DNA of 46,422 nt from Nemertoderma westbladi (GCA_032718475.1 JAUCBJ010004308.1:1-46422); one strand, 5' to 3'; numbered from the stretch's first letter, positions 1 through 12,227 are shown. The notes: generated by a model not told the origin, from the letters alone. Program-made: numbers and translations.

Positions 1-904
1 TAAGGTATTTGGGATTTGGGAATAAGGAATTTGGGATCTGCCATTATTGGTTCACTGAAGAAGATACGCAATGCGTATCTCATTACGCCTCATAATAGCC
101 TCTTGTCAACAAGTCAACCCCACCGACTAGCGGAACTGGCTGTTTCCGCTAACGGGGCTCAGTTGAACAAGGCGTCCTTTTGGTATCTGGGAATAAGGTA
201 TTTGGGATTAACGTTTTTTGTTTATATTTCGAATTTTCACAACAAAAATTATATAAATTAATACTGTGGAGTATTACACAGACAAAATAACCTTTACACG
301 ACCTACTGTATATGTATAGTCAAGCCTATTGTTCGATCTTCCTTGGACATGTGGTATGCAATACATATATATTAGTGCCATTAAACGTTAATCCTCTATG
401 AACCTAATTTCCATCTTACTCAATAGGCAGAGGTAATTACAGTATTATTGGTTTCGCAGTTCTCTTTCCCCATTCCTTTGTGGTGGTGTGTAGTGTATTA
501 GAGCAAACACTAGCAAAGGATCAGCCCAGCCTATCATTGCTAAGACAACGCCCTATCAGAATAGGTCATCCCTCATGAGCTGTTACTGTTGGTACCATAT
601 AATACTGGCGGCACACACACCTGACGTATACAACAGGTCTCTCACTACTCATACTCAGCCCACTAACCCAGGTTATCACGGCAGTAATGACTGTATACTA
701 TTGCCAGATAATGAAAGGTCGTTGTTCTTCAACTCAACTTATCTCATATATAGAGGCGCCTCCGTTATGCTTGTATCTTTACGTTTAAAGTCTTTCATAC
801 ATATACAAAGTTTCACTCTCTCCGGTTTTTTTCACGTATATTTAACTCTAACAATAATATTAATAATATTTTAATATATATAGTTATACGCTATATTTGT
901 CTGC

Positions 905-1176
905 GCCCATGTGAAGAATACCAGGATTTCACTTTTCGGTCGACTTTTTATTGGAATTTCAAATATGAAGATTTTTTTTTTAATTTATCTTTATTAAGTG
1001 TTTTATAGCGCTTATTTCTGTCTTATAACCTGTACATATACTAATTCGTTTATTGTTTTGGTTAGATTCAGCCCTTCTGTAACCTGTGGTTTTGGTGAAA
1101 ACCTGGTATTCTTCACATGGGGGTAACTGCAAAGTGAAATATAACGGCAGAAAGTCTGGAATTCTTCACATGGGTC
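905..1176. mobile_element. Mutator-like MITE, family A copy 1
   Basis: TIR cccatgtgaagaataccag / ctggaattcttcacatggg(tc), plus an extra internal right TIR near 1102-1120. Flanks tttgtctgc / tttgtctgt give a 9-bp TSD matching 8/9. Confidence 0.75.
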
Positions 1177-1429
1177 TTTGTCTGTGTAATTCGGTGCTTC
1201 ACTCTACTCTACAGAGAATTCAATTGTATATCTAATTGGGCGGGTCCGGGTATTCCTTTGTAATAATCACTATTGTGCTATTAATAGATTTGTTTGTTTG
1301 TTTACCGGTATTAACATAGAACCTTTTATGGATCTGGAATAAAGAATCTAATAATAATAATAAATTATACTCTACCTCTTCGTCATTTATCGGTAAATCC
1401 GCATTTCATATTTGTGTTCATTCATATGC

Positions 1430-3650
1430 ATCTTTAACCTGCTCCTTTATTAACCTGCATAATTTTCTAACACGAGTTAACTATCGTTTATTGTTTTGGT
1501 TCTATCTACCTGGCTCTATAACCTGCATCCTTTATTAACCTGCATAATTTTCTAACACGAGTTAACTATCGTTAATTGTTTTGGTTCAATCTACACGCCT
1601 CTGTAAACTGCTCCTGTACTAATCTACATAATCTTGTAACACGTGTTAACTATCGTTTATTGTTTTGGTTCTATCTACCCATCTATATAACCTGCTCCTT
1701 TATTAACCTGCATAATTTTCTAACACGAGTTAACTATCGTTTATTGTTTTGGTTCTATCTACCCGGCTCTATAACCTGCTCCTTTATTAACCTGCATAAT
1801 TTTCTAACACGAGTTAACTATCGTTTATTGTTTTGGTTCAATCTACACGCCTCTGTAACCTGCTTTTGTACTAATCTACATAATCTTGTAACACGTGTTA
1901 AATATCGTTTATTGTTTTGGTTCTATCTACACGCCTCGGTAACCTACTCCTTTACTAACCTGCATAATTTTCTAACACGAGTTAATCGTTTATTGTTTTG
2001 GTTCAATCTATCCGCCTCCGCAACATGATTCTTTACTAACCTACATCTTGTAACACGTGTTAACTATCGTTTATTGTTTTGGTTCTATCTACCTGCCTCT
2101 GTAACCTGCTCCTTTACTAACCTGCATAATCTTGTAACATGTGTTAACTATCGTTTATTGTTTTGGTTCTATCTACCCGCCTCTATAACCTGCTCCTTTA
2201 CTAACCTGCATAGTCTTGTAACATGTGTTAACTATCGTTTATTGTTTTGGTTCTATCTACCCTTCTATATAACCTGCTCCTTTACTAACCTGCATAATTT
2301 TCTAACACGAGTTAACTATCGTTTATTGTTTTGGTTCTATCTACCCTTCTATATAACCTGCTCCTTTACTAACCTGCATAATTTTCTAACACGTGTTAAC
2401 TATCGTTTATTGTTTTGGTTCTATCTACCTGCCTCTGTAACCTGCTCCTTTACTAACCTGCATAATCTTGTAACATGTGTTAACTATCGTTTATTGTTTT
2501 GGTTCTATCTACCTGCCTCTGTAACCTGCTCCTTTACTAACCTGTATAATCTTGTAACATGTGTTAACTATCGTTTATTGTTTTGGTTCTATCTACCCAT
2601 CTATATAACCTGCTCCTTTATTAACCTGCATAATTTTCTAACACGAGTTAACTATCGTTTATTGTTTTGGTTCTATCTACCTGGCTCTATAACCTGCTCC
2701 TTTATTAACCTGCATAATTTTCTAACACGAGTTAACTATCGTTTATTGTTTTGGTTCAATCTACACGCCTCTGTAACCTGCTCCTGTACTAATCTACATA
2801 ATCTTGTAACACGTGTTAAATATCGTTTATTGTTTTGGTTCTATCTACACGCCTCGGTAACCTACTCCTTTACTAACCTGCATAATTTTCTAACACGAGT
2901 TAATCGTTTATTGTTTTGGTTCAATCTATCCGCCTCCGCAACATGATTCTTTACTAACCTACATCTTGTAACACGTGTTAACTATCGTTTATTGTTTTGG
3001 TTCTATCTACCTGCCTCTGTAACCTGCTCCTTTACTAACCTGCATAATCTTGTAACATGTGTTAACTATCGTTTATTGTTTTGGTTCTATCTACCCGCCT
3101 CTATAACCTGCTCCTTTACTAACCTGCATAGTCTTGTAACATGTGTTAACTATCGTTTATTGTTTTGGTTCTATCTACCCTTCTATATAACCTGCTCCTT
3201 TACTAACCTGTATAATCTTGTAACATGTGTTAACTATCGTTTATTGTTTTGGTTCTATCTACCCGCCTCTATAACCTGCTCCTTTACTAACCTGCATAAT
3301 CTTGTAACATGTGTTAACTATTGTTTATTGTTTTGGTTCTATCTACCCGCCTCTATAACCTGCTCCTTTACTAACCTGCATAATCGTGTAACATGTCTTA
3401 ACTATAGTTTATTGTTTTGGTTCTATCTACCCTCCTCTATAGCCTGCTTCTTTACTAACCTGCATAATCTTATAACATGTGTTAACTATCATTTATTGTT
3501 TTGGTTCTATCTACCCGCTTCTACAACCTGCCGCTTAACTAACCTGCATAATCTTGTAACATCTGTTAACTATCGTTTATTGTTTTGGTTCTATCTTCCC
3601 GCCTCTCTACCCTGCTCCTTTACTAACTTGCATAAACTTGTATTACGTTT
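1430..3650. repeat. 84-bp tandem satellite, ~26 copies, with a 918-bp higher-order duplication
   Basis: ttgttttgg recurs at 1576, 1660, 1744, 1828, 1912, 1993, 2074, 2158 and onward. The diagnostic variant catgattctttactaacctacatc recurs 918 bp apart (~2024, ~2942). Confidence 0.95.
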
Positions 3651-3899
3651 TATTTACAGATGCAAAATCCCAAATTCCATATTTCCAAATCCAAAATTTC
3701 TTATTCCCTGATCCCAAAGGGACGCGTTGTTCAACTGAGCCCCGTCAGTGGAAACAGCCAGTGCCGCTAGTCGGTGGGGTCGGTGGTGGATATCTAGAAG
3801 CTTATTATGAGGAATAATGAGATACGCATTGCGTATCTTCTTCAGTCAACCAATAATGGCCGATCAACAAATAAAAACCGATAATCACTAATATAATGG

Positions 3900-4946
3900 C
3901 AAATCCCACTTCCCACATTACATGACCGGGCATGGAGCCCGGTCATGCAAAAACACAACTGCTGCAGGATCAACAATGCAGTTAGGATCTTTCATGAAAG
4001 AAGTGAGCATCTCATGGAAATATTTGCCATCCCACGACTGTCCAACATCTTTCACAAGGAACATTGTCGATTTTGCTGACATTGTAATGAAGATTCCAGC
4101 ACATTTTGATCGAGCAGCAACATCACGATAACGAATTTCATCTGGGTATTCATCGTGGCTGAGAGCCAAAATCACATAATTTTTATGGTTTGTTTGGTCT
4201 GCTGGTCAGATACACATTAAACTTGTCTGAACATGCGAGCTGGTGAAGAAAGTTATTTTCAGTCCAGTCACTCAACCAATTGGCAAACCACAACCTGTCT
4301 TCACGCTGATTGGCAGTCACTGATGGCCGTTTCTGTTCAATTGTTTCAATGAACTTCTTAAGATTCATATATTTTCGATAGTTCGAGATGGTCGTTTTGG
4401 TAACAGTGTGACCACGTTCCTGGAACAGAATCTTCTGCAGAACAGAAAGACTTACATCGCATCGTTTTTTATTGGAGGCATTGCAAATTATATCCTTGCT
4501 CTCCTGAGACAAGACTAAGGGACGACCAGTTCGGTTGGGCAAATCCAAATCGTTCACATTGTGACTCCAGTTCCTTTTCACAAAACTTTCCGATCTTTTT
4601 ATCATATCGGCTGTCCATGATCTGGAGAAAAGGTTTATGCCATGATTATTCTTTCTGCCCATGAACTTCTATGTATGCTTCATGTGCTTAGTGGAATTTA
4701 ACAGCACGGGTCTTATCAATAAATTGCGCCAATTCGGAATCGTATGAAGCCATTAAAACACAATACCATAATACAGGACAATGTTTCTAAAACTAGGCCT
4801 AGCAAAAATACCGGTACACTACAGAAGTTAAAAATTTGGTATAGATCCTAAATTAATTTACTCTATGTTCAAAATGTCGAATTCGCGGTAAAGCAAACAA
4901 GTGAAACAATGGCTCGCCAGGGAGGCTGGACTTTTTAGACACCCTG
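3900..4946 (-). mobile_element. Truncated Tc1/mariner-like DNA transposon with a transposase pseudogene
   Basis: ORF 4183-4662 has RTGRP/HTH and QREDRLWFA..W..CSDK (first catalytic D region); ORF 3918-4175 has FLHDRAPC (second D). Terminus TA|CAGGGTGTCTAAAAAG on the minus strand at 4948-4931. Third catalytic residue and other TIR are absent. Confidence 0.8.
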
Positions 4947-4949
4947 TAG

Positions 4950-7770
4950 AACCACTGCGACCTGCATTGGCAGCAGATATGCAGGGCACGGTCTAGCTGA
5001 TGAGCTGTATATACAAAGGTGGGTCATTGTGTGCTCCCGCACATGATGACCCACCATATCTCCAGCACATATGGTGGGTGATGGGCCCCATATCTGACTC
5101 AACTGTGACACACAAGACCCCGCGGAATAGCAAACCAGAGTGTGGTATTTGCCCTGAGAGCTGACTCAGCAAAGATGAACCCCCAACTTACACCATAGAA
5201 CATGTCAGCAATGCAGAGGTCCGGCCACTAGAGGCTAGTGGAATTAACGGACTACAGGGAGAGTAGCCAACAATTTTCCTTTCTTAGTGACCTTTCTGGC
5301 CCAAACCCTGGGCCACCAGGGAGGCCAGATTGTGAAGGGGAGAGGGATTCTTTATTCTTGCTACTCTCATGTTCCACCCTGACCAATCAAGCCATTGCTG
5401 AATCTAAGGCAAGTCACCAGACTAGCCTCAGTTAATACCCTAACATCCGGGTCCCCAATGCAACAAAGTGAGCTGACTGACTGCCTTGGCAGTTAAGCTT
5501 TGCCTTAGAGCAATGGGTGTACAAGAGTACTAAATGAGGACTGGGCAGATTAACAATGACGAGGTTTTGATTAAGGACATGGGAGGTGGTTGGTGGAGGC
5601 GCTGCCTCAGCAGATGTAGTGATAATGGTGGAATTGATCTATTTATTAGTGAGGGTATTCTTAACATTCTCCTCATTCTTAATTTTCCTGGGTGACTTTA
5701 ATGCAAGTCTACATAATTAACTTACATCGCCCTTGGTCTATAGCGATAGTGTTAACCGAAATTCCACCCATCTTCCAGATTTCATATCTCGAAATGGATT
5801 GTTTTCGGCTGAAATCCGATTAAAGAAATTAACTGTGAAGCTATGGACTCATACTGGACCCAGTGCTCACAAGTCCCAGATAGACCATATTCTGTTTCGT
5901 AGGAAATACAGGAGATCTGTGGAAGATGCAGTGCCTTGATGAAGGAAAAGCCTGAATGGACCACATAATTCAGAAGTACCGAGAGGATCTCTCTACTACT
6001 AGGGTCAGCATGCTGCATTGCAGCTGCATAAAATTGTGCCGCCACAACTCCCTATCAATCACCCATGACATTAGCTAGATCATCCGCATCTTCAAGGCCA
6101 GTGTCCTTTAAGATGTGTCTCAAGAAAGTCATGGGCTGTCCACCATGCTTATTCAATTCATGAGGCTGCCAAGCACAAGATTATGCACTGGCTGGTCCTC
6201 ACGGTGAAAGCCCACTAAAGAAATCTCACTAAGGCATGGAAAGAGTCCCGTCTCAAACAGAATACAGCTGCCAAGAATGCAGTTAAGGCTGCATCTAAGT
6301 CCTTGAATAGGCAGTACTCTGATAATCTACAGGAGCTTATCTACCAGCAGGTTGATGCCATCAGTGATGCCAACGACAGCAGGCAATCATACCAGGCATG
6401 GAAATCTATCAATCTGCTTACTGGGTGGAAAAGCCAACAAACCACCGAGGTTAAGACAGAATCACCAGCCGCTGGCATCAATGGTTGGAAGGCCCACTTT
6501 GAAAAGCTCCTCAATAATGACAGGATATTGCGCGATACTTTATAGAAGTAAAAGTGTCTGAGTCTGTACTCCCAGATATTCCCATTGGCGATATCTCCTA
6601 TGCAGAAGTGAAGGCTGCTGCAAAGAGCATTAAGACCAATTGTGCCAGTGCAGTAGATGGTGTCCCCCTGTGGACTTTAAAATACCTGAGTGTTTGGAGC
6701 TTATTTATCCCATCACAGTAGACACTCTATGGATCTGACACTAACACTCAATGGATCTTCTCAGGGAATCTTATTTGATCTCGATTTATGCAAATCTATA
6801 CTACAGCGGCCAAGAATGCAGTTAAGGCTGCATCTAGGTCCCTTAACAAGCAATATAAGCTTTTCAGATTATCAGATCAATCTATGGATCTCGGAATCTT
6901 TTCATGGAATCTCGTTGATCTCCTCGATTGCTGCCAATCCAATAGAAATCTAATAAATCGCTTCAGGGATCCTGTTAAGTGACTTTTACATTGGAACCAA
7001 ATTTGATTCCGTAAAGGACATTGGACCCTGGAGCCTATTCTGGCGCTTAGAAGGATAATCGAAGAGTTATCAAATGAAAGACAGACATCTGGCTATTTTT
7101 TTTTACTTCTTTAAGGTCTTCGATTCTTCTCCCGACCACATATGTTCAGCATACTGTAAACATATTGGATTCCTGAGGAAATTAATGCAGCTATCAGATC
7201 ACTGTACGATAGTTCCCCCACGTTTGTGTCTACTGCTGATGGTGACACAGATCCATTCGAATTCTTATGGGGAGTCCTTCAGGGTGACACACTTTCACCA
7301 TTCTTATTCCTAATTGTGGTTGATAATGATACGCAGATCCTTATACCATCTTAATGGTGATGGGGTGATGGTAACACCCCCTACTGTCACAAGAAGTAGA
7401 GGAAATCCAGCAAAGTACCTTACTGATCTAGACTTTACTGATGACTTAAGAGTATTCTCAGAATCACTAGAGTGATCCCGGCGGCTCCTCAGCTCATTGG
7501 AATAGACTGCTTCGAGTGTTGGTCTTTTTATAAACACCAAGACGAAAATTTAGACATTGAATCTTGACAGCCATCGTGAAATATGTGACCGTAAGGGCAT
7601 AAGCATAGGGCATACCCTTGCTTAAGCATGTGAATGACACTTCTGCTACATGGATGCAGAAGTCAGGTGACCTTCGGATACGTAAAGGGAAGGTAATTGG
7701 CAGCAGCATTGAATAGTATGTCCAGAATTTGGAAGTACCGTAGAATAAAACGGAATCTCAAGGTTCGATT
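4950..7770 (+). mobile_element. Decayed non-LTR retrotransposon (RTE-like): APE endonuclease plus RT remnants
   Basis: GDFNA at ~5691, WTHTGP..SQIDHIL at ~5843, GVLQGDTLSPFLFLIV at 7271, LTDLDFTDDL at ~7420; many stops and frameshifts. The 5' boundary is approximate. Confidence 0.8.
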
Positions 7771-7898
7771 ATTTAAATTTTATTTACTTGTATAATTTAT
7801 TGTCCGAACTTGCTCAACCTAGTTTTAGTAGTTGCAAAATTAATTAATTGAAATAAGGATGTAAAATTAATTATTTAATTATGCCTTACTTATCGCAG

Positions 7899-7992
7899 AT
7901 TCTAGATCAACGCCAACACTAGGTAAACTGTGCGTCGAAAAGGTTCCTCCAAATGTAAGGAAATTTGATTGTAGCGACAATGCATTAATTAG
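7899..7992 (+). CDS. Exon 1 in window: start of sushi-like module 1 (SRSTPTLGKLCVEKVPPNVRKFDCSDNALI)
   Basis: Acceptor ttacttatcgcag|, donor ag|gtaagt; phase 1 to 2, joins in frame to 11130. Not in the ORF track. Confidence 0.8.
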
Positions 7993-8151
7993 GTAAGTCG
8001 ACAATAATGATTTATTTGTTTAAGTCTGGACCGCGATTCATGTTATGATCATTGTTTGCAATTAAAGTAATACTTGAACAAATGGCACCTGTTAAAAGTT
8101 GTCTGAAGGGTAAAAAAATATAGGAAACCCCTAAAGTAATACTAACAGGTT

Positions 8152-8362
8152 CGTACGAAATACTAAAACGTGTGCACAAAATGTGTGCATGAAATACTAA
8201 CACATTTGCACGAAAAACTAACATGTGTGCATGAAATACTAACACATTCGCACGAAAAACTAACATGTGTGCACGAAATACTAGCACGTTCGCACGAAAT
8301 ACAAACACGTTTGCACGAAATACTAACACGTGCGCACGAAATACTAACATGTGTGAACGAAT
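8152..8362. repeat. ~21-bp minisatellite (gcacgaaatactaacatgtgt-like), ~10 copies
   Basis: Direct tandem repeats; they account for the repetitive ORFs at 8012, 8170 and 8265. Confidence 0.85.
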
Positions 8363-8441
8363 TACAAACATTGACGAAAACGAAGAAAAAGTGAATCTTT
8401 TTTTATTCAGGGATATTTTACAATGTTCGTTTACAATGTCC

Positions 8442-9028
8442 GTTAGGACTTCTTACTGTAAAAGTATTCACTATCTATCTATCTATGTACCGGTATGTAT
8501 ATCGGGTGAATCCTCCGAAACTATAACTCGTCTGTCAATGAAAATTATATCAATCGACGCAGCTCAACCCCAGGATGTGGCAAAAAGTTTCGAAAAAAAT
8601 TATCAAAGTGTCTTTTTTTTATTTCAAAAAATACCCCCAAAGCAAGAAAATTGCCATAGACTCAATGATAGAGATACCAGCTGCTGGTGCTCATGAGGGC
8701 CTAGTAAGCTACTACTATTGATTGAATGGATAGGCCCAAACTGCAGATAAGTTTATTACTTGCCAAGTTTACTACCCATTCACTCTATCCCAGACTGTAA
8801 GCAAAAATTGTAATGTATTAGCCCGCCAGCTGAATAGCTCTTCCCAGTGTGCCAACTAATAGCATATTATTTTGTTGTATAGTAGGCCTATACATACATA
8901 CATGTTATTGTAGCTCAAGTCAATCAGGGAGCTAAATTCCAGAACACGTTCTTCTTCTTCATCACCATGTTGTGAATCAAAATCAGCGGAAAAATGGAGA
9001 TAGGATTGAAGCTAAGAGCTTCTTAATA
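8442..9028 (+). mobile_element. Dispersed non-autonomous element (Helentron/HINE-like), copy 1
   Basis: Reverse-complement homolog of 27845-28431. Starts gttaggacttcttactgtaaaa followed by a (tatc)n microsatellite. Confidence 0.65.
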
Positions 9029-9390
9029 CGCATAGATAATTAAAAATCCATTTTCCCGCTGATTTTTGTACAACAACATGGTGATGAAGAAGAAGAACGT
9101 GATGTGATAATTGATAATTGCAAAGGTCAATTATGTGAGTTTGCTCCATTTATTGGCTCGATTTATTGTCAAGTATATGTGCCGCTTTAACTCTGTCTTC
9201 GTTCAATCCAATATTCCACTAAAAAAATCAGACGGATCAGGCAGACGGGCAGACTTTATCGATACTTTAGATATAAAACGGTAGGCTATTGCCAGTGGTT
9301 CCATTTAAACGGTAATAAGAAATTACCATCAGCAAATTATAGCATATAGGTAAGTATAGGAGTCTACACTGGCTGAATAAAACGCTGAAT

Positions 9391-9430
9391 GTGGTGAACG
9401 TTTTCGCTCTGCCGGGCTACTTCAGACCTG
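9391..9430 (-). ncRNA. Degenerate minimal type I hammerhead ribozyme-like motif (Penelope-type)
   Basis: Minus strand reads GGU-CUGAAGUA-GCCC GGCA GAGC-GAAAACGUU-C-ACC: stem I GGU/ACC, palindromic AACGUU stem III, one core substitution and one stem II mismatch. Confidence 0.5.
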
Positions 9431-9457
9431 TTATATTAATTAAATATAAAGTATAAC

Positions 9458-9762
9458 TATACAGTAAGTATAGCTATACAGTAAGTATAGCTATACAGTA
9501 AGTATAGCTATACAGTAAGTATAGCTATACAGTAAGTATAGCTATACAGTAAGTATAGCTATACAGTAAGTATAGCTATACAGTAAGTATAGCTATACAG
9601 TAAGTATAGCTATACAGTAAGTATAGCTATACAGTAAGTATAGCTATACAGTAAGTATAGCTATACAGTAAGTATAGCTATACAGTAAGTATAGCTATAC
9701 AGTAAGTATAGCTATACAGTAAGTATAGCTATACAGTAAGTATAGCTATATAGTAAGTATAG
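9458..9762. repeat. 17-bp minisatellite (gtaagtatagctataca)n, ~18 near-identical copies
   Basis: Direct tandem repeat visible in the sequence. Confidence 0.95.
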
Positions 9763-10130
9763 GTATCTCAATTCAAAATTCCAGCAACATGTAAGTAAGT
9801 CCTACGTCTAAGTAAGTCCTGTAATATTATATAAACTGAGAGCACAGTTAGTATCTCTAAGTAAATCCTGTACTATTAATATAAGGCAAAACGTACAATA
9901 ACTACTCCGTATATCGCGTAGTATCGACTCAATTCAAAAATTCCCACCACATATAAAAATAATAAAGTAATAATGAAAAATAGAATGAATAGGTCAAAGT
10001 AACTCCAGTGGTAAAGTTGCGGATTATACAATGTATTGTGTGTTCCAAGCCCAATAAACCCTAGTCGTATGGAAAAATAGGCTATACAAAATAAAATCAA
10101 TTTTTGTTATAAAAATTGTGTCCAAGCTTA

Positions 10131-10422
10131 AGGCCATGATACACCACAGGAGCGGCGAGCGGCAGCGGCGGGCGGCCGCGGCGAGCGGCCGATGTAGCGG
10201 CGACTTTTAGTATGATACACTATAGGAGCGGCGAGCGGCAGCGGCGGGCGGCCGCGGCGAGCGGCCGATGTAGCGGCGACTTTTAGTATGATACACTATA
10301 GGAGCGGCGAGCGGCAGCAGCCATTTGTGGTGTATCATCACCCATAGAAAATAATGTGTTCTATTTTTAAAAAGTGGCCACTTGCCGCGGCCGCTTGCCG
10401 CTCCTGTGGTGTATCATGGCCT
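10131..10422. mobile_element. PIF/Harbinger-type (Tourist-like) MITE with an internal ~78-bp tandem duplication
   Basis: TIR aggccatgatacaccacaggagcggc / gccgctcctgtggtgtatcatggcct; TTA on both sides as TSD. Confidence 0.85.
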
Positions 10423-11129
10423 TTAAATGACGTAAAAGAATAATAGTCGCTTATTGAAATTGATAGCAAAACTTCTGTATAATCCCGCACTATTATTATA
10501 AAAACAAAACGCACAATACCGACTCAGTATAACGCGCCGACTCCAAATAAACCAATAATGGAAAATAACATACAGTAGGCAGTAGCTCTACGTAACTCCT
10601 GTGGTATCTACTAATAATATAAACCAAAACGCACATAACGACTCATATCACGTGTAGTAAATATAAATAATAAAATAAAATAATAAAAATAATAAAATAG
10701 CTCTAAGTAACTCCTGTGGTACTAATAAATGTGGTTAACGTTAAAGCACGTTAAAAAGGTCCTGTGGTACTATAAAACAAAACGCACAATAACGAATCCG
10801 TTAATCCGTATAACGCGTAGTATCGGCTCCATGAAGCTTATCTAATGCATAAGTTTAAATGATAAATAAGTAATGAAAATAAAGCATAAAGGGGCAGATT
10901 AAGACAAACCAAAACCATTAAATAACGTTCACCACATTCAGCGTTTTATTCAGCGACGTACCCAAGCAGATGTAGAAGCTTGTCTTGGAATTATTTTATT
11001 CTGTACCTAATCCAGATTCAATTATTATTTACTAAAGAATAAAGGACGTCCAACTCAAGAATCCACAGTATGTGTAGAGGTTTCCTTACTAAACATATGA
11101 TTGACAATTACTTTTTTCTTTTTTTGCAG

Positions 11130-11354
11130 CGGATGTAAATTTGAATGCAAGGCAGGATTTACCGACAACAATAGACCAGCTGCTAGACCTGCTGTATGGC
11201 ACAATTGTGACAAGATATTGGGCGTTTGGAGTCCACCATTAGATAGTCTATACTGTCATCCTATCCATACTCAGTCTGAGAGCAACGGTTGCGAGGAGGA
11301 ACCCACTGCTGATGTGTCTGTTACTAAGAAATGCTCTTCGTCCTACATCGGCAG
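11130..11354 (+). CDS. Exon 2: sushi-like (GCKFECKAGF...CDKILGVWSPPLDSLYC...CEEEP...KKCSSSYIG)
   Basis: Long T tract plus gcag| acceptor, donor gcag|gttggc; phase 2 to 2; CCP-like C-x-F-x-C...C...W...C pattern. Confidence 0.85.
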
Positions 11355-11956
11355 GTTGGCCATCTTTAATCTGTAAATGAATTTCCGTCTTTAATTTGGT
11401 ACAGTTGTACCTGTCTGGCCTATGGTATTTATTTATACTGTATGCTATACTGAAATGCTAAAGCGACAGGTCACAAATGTTAATGTAGACATTAATAATT
11501 AAAATTTAATTGACTTAATCAAGCACGTTAATTAAAAATACCTTGCCATTAAGCAGTTGCCATACAGCAGTAACCACAAGGTAAAAAGCAACCGTTACCT
11601 AAGCGACGAATGCACATGCGACGAATAAAGGTGGTTTCAAGCTTTTGCAAAATGGGTAGTTAGTAGTTAAAAACATACGGGTAGTTAGTAGTTAAATAGC
11701 TCGCGCCAGTGTATGCATCATGACTTTCCACTCCGTATTATCGTAAGCGTACGGCTAAAGATACTTATGTTCATCAATGCTGTCCGTTCTGAGTCATTAA
11801 AACCGCGGTTATAGTTTATACTATAACTTATTTTCCATGTCACAACATTATTTGAGCTTTGTGTATTCTTATGTATTTCAGGTAATCTAATTCAATTTTA
11901 AGTAAAATATCTATACTGGCCACTTTGGCCTTCTTCAAACAGTTTCCAAACAGTAC

Positions 11957-12227
11957 GCATATTACCAATTGGGGTGTCGTTTCAGCCTATTTTAACATAT
12001 TACAGTAAGTAACTTAATTTAATATTTAATTTCAACATTCGCCATTTAATGTACCTTTTAAATGAAAGTAGCAGGTGGTAATGGCAGGCTTTTCTAACCA
12101 AAACAATAAACTAAATTTAGGAACACAGTTTACAGTAAAAATTTTACTTATAGGCACTAATTTTTAAATATTAATTTAACATAAACCCCATGAGAAGGCT
12201 GAAACGACACCCCAATTAGCTATTTGC
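11957..12227. mobile_element. Mutator-like MITE, family B
   Basis: TIR core aattggggtgtcgtttcagcct (11967-11988) / aggctgaaacgacaccccaatt (12196-12217); perfect 9-bp TSD aaacagtac at 11948-11956 and 12228-12236. Confidence 0.85.

Larger units (their letters stand above)
35..3865. mobile_element. Foldback-like element, or an inverted pair of repeats, with ~170-bp imperfect inverted arms enclosing the 84-bp satellite
   Basis: 35-~205 (gatctgccattattgg..agaagatacgcaatgcgtatctc..ggggctcagttgaacaa) is the reverse complement of ~3690-3865. No clear TSD. Confidence 0.6.

Noticed and set aside
1576-3711. 28-aa repeat ORFs with a faint LRR look (LPASITCSFTNLHNL)
   Set aside because: Translation of the 84-bp satellite; no ATG start, internal stops, poor LxxLxLxxN fit, and the monomer matches non-coding MITE cores.
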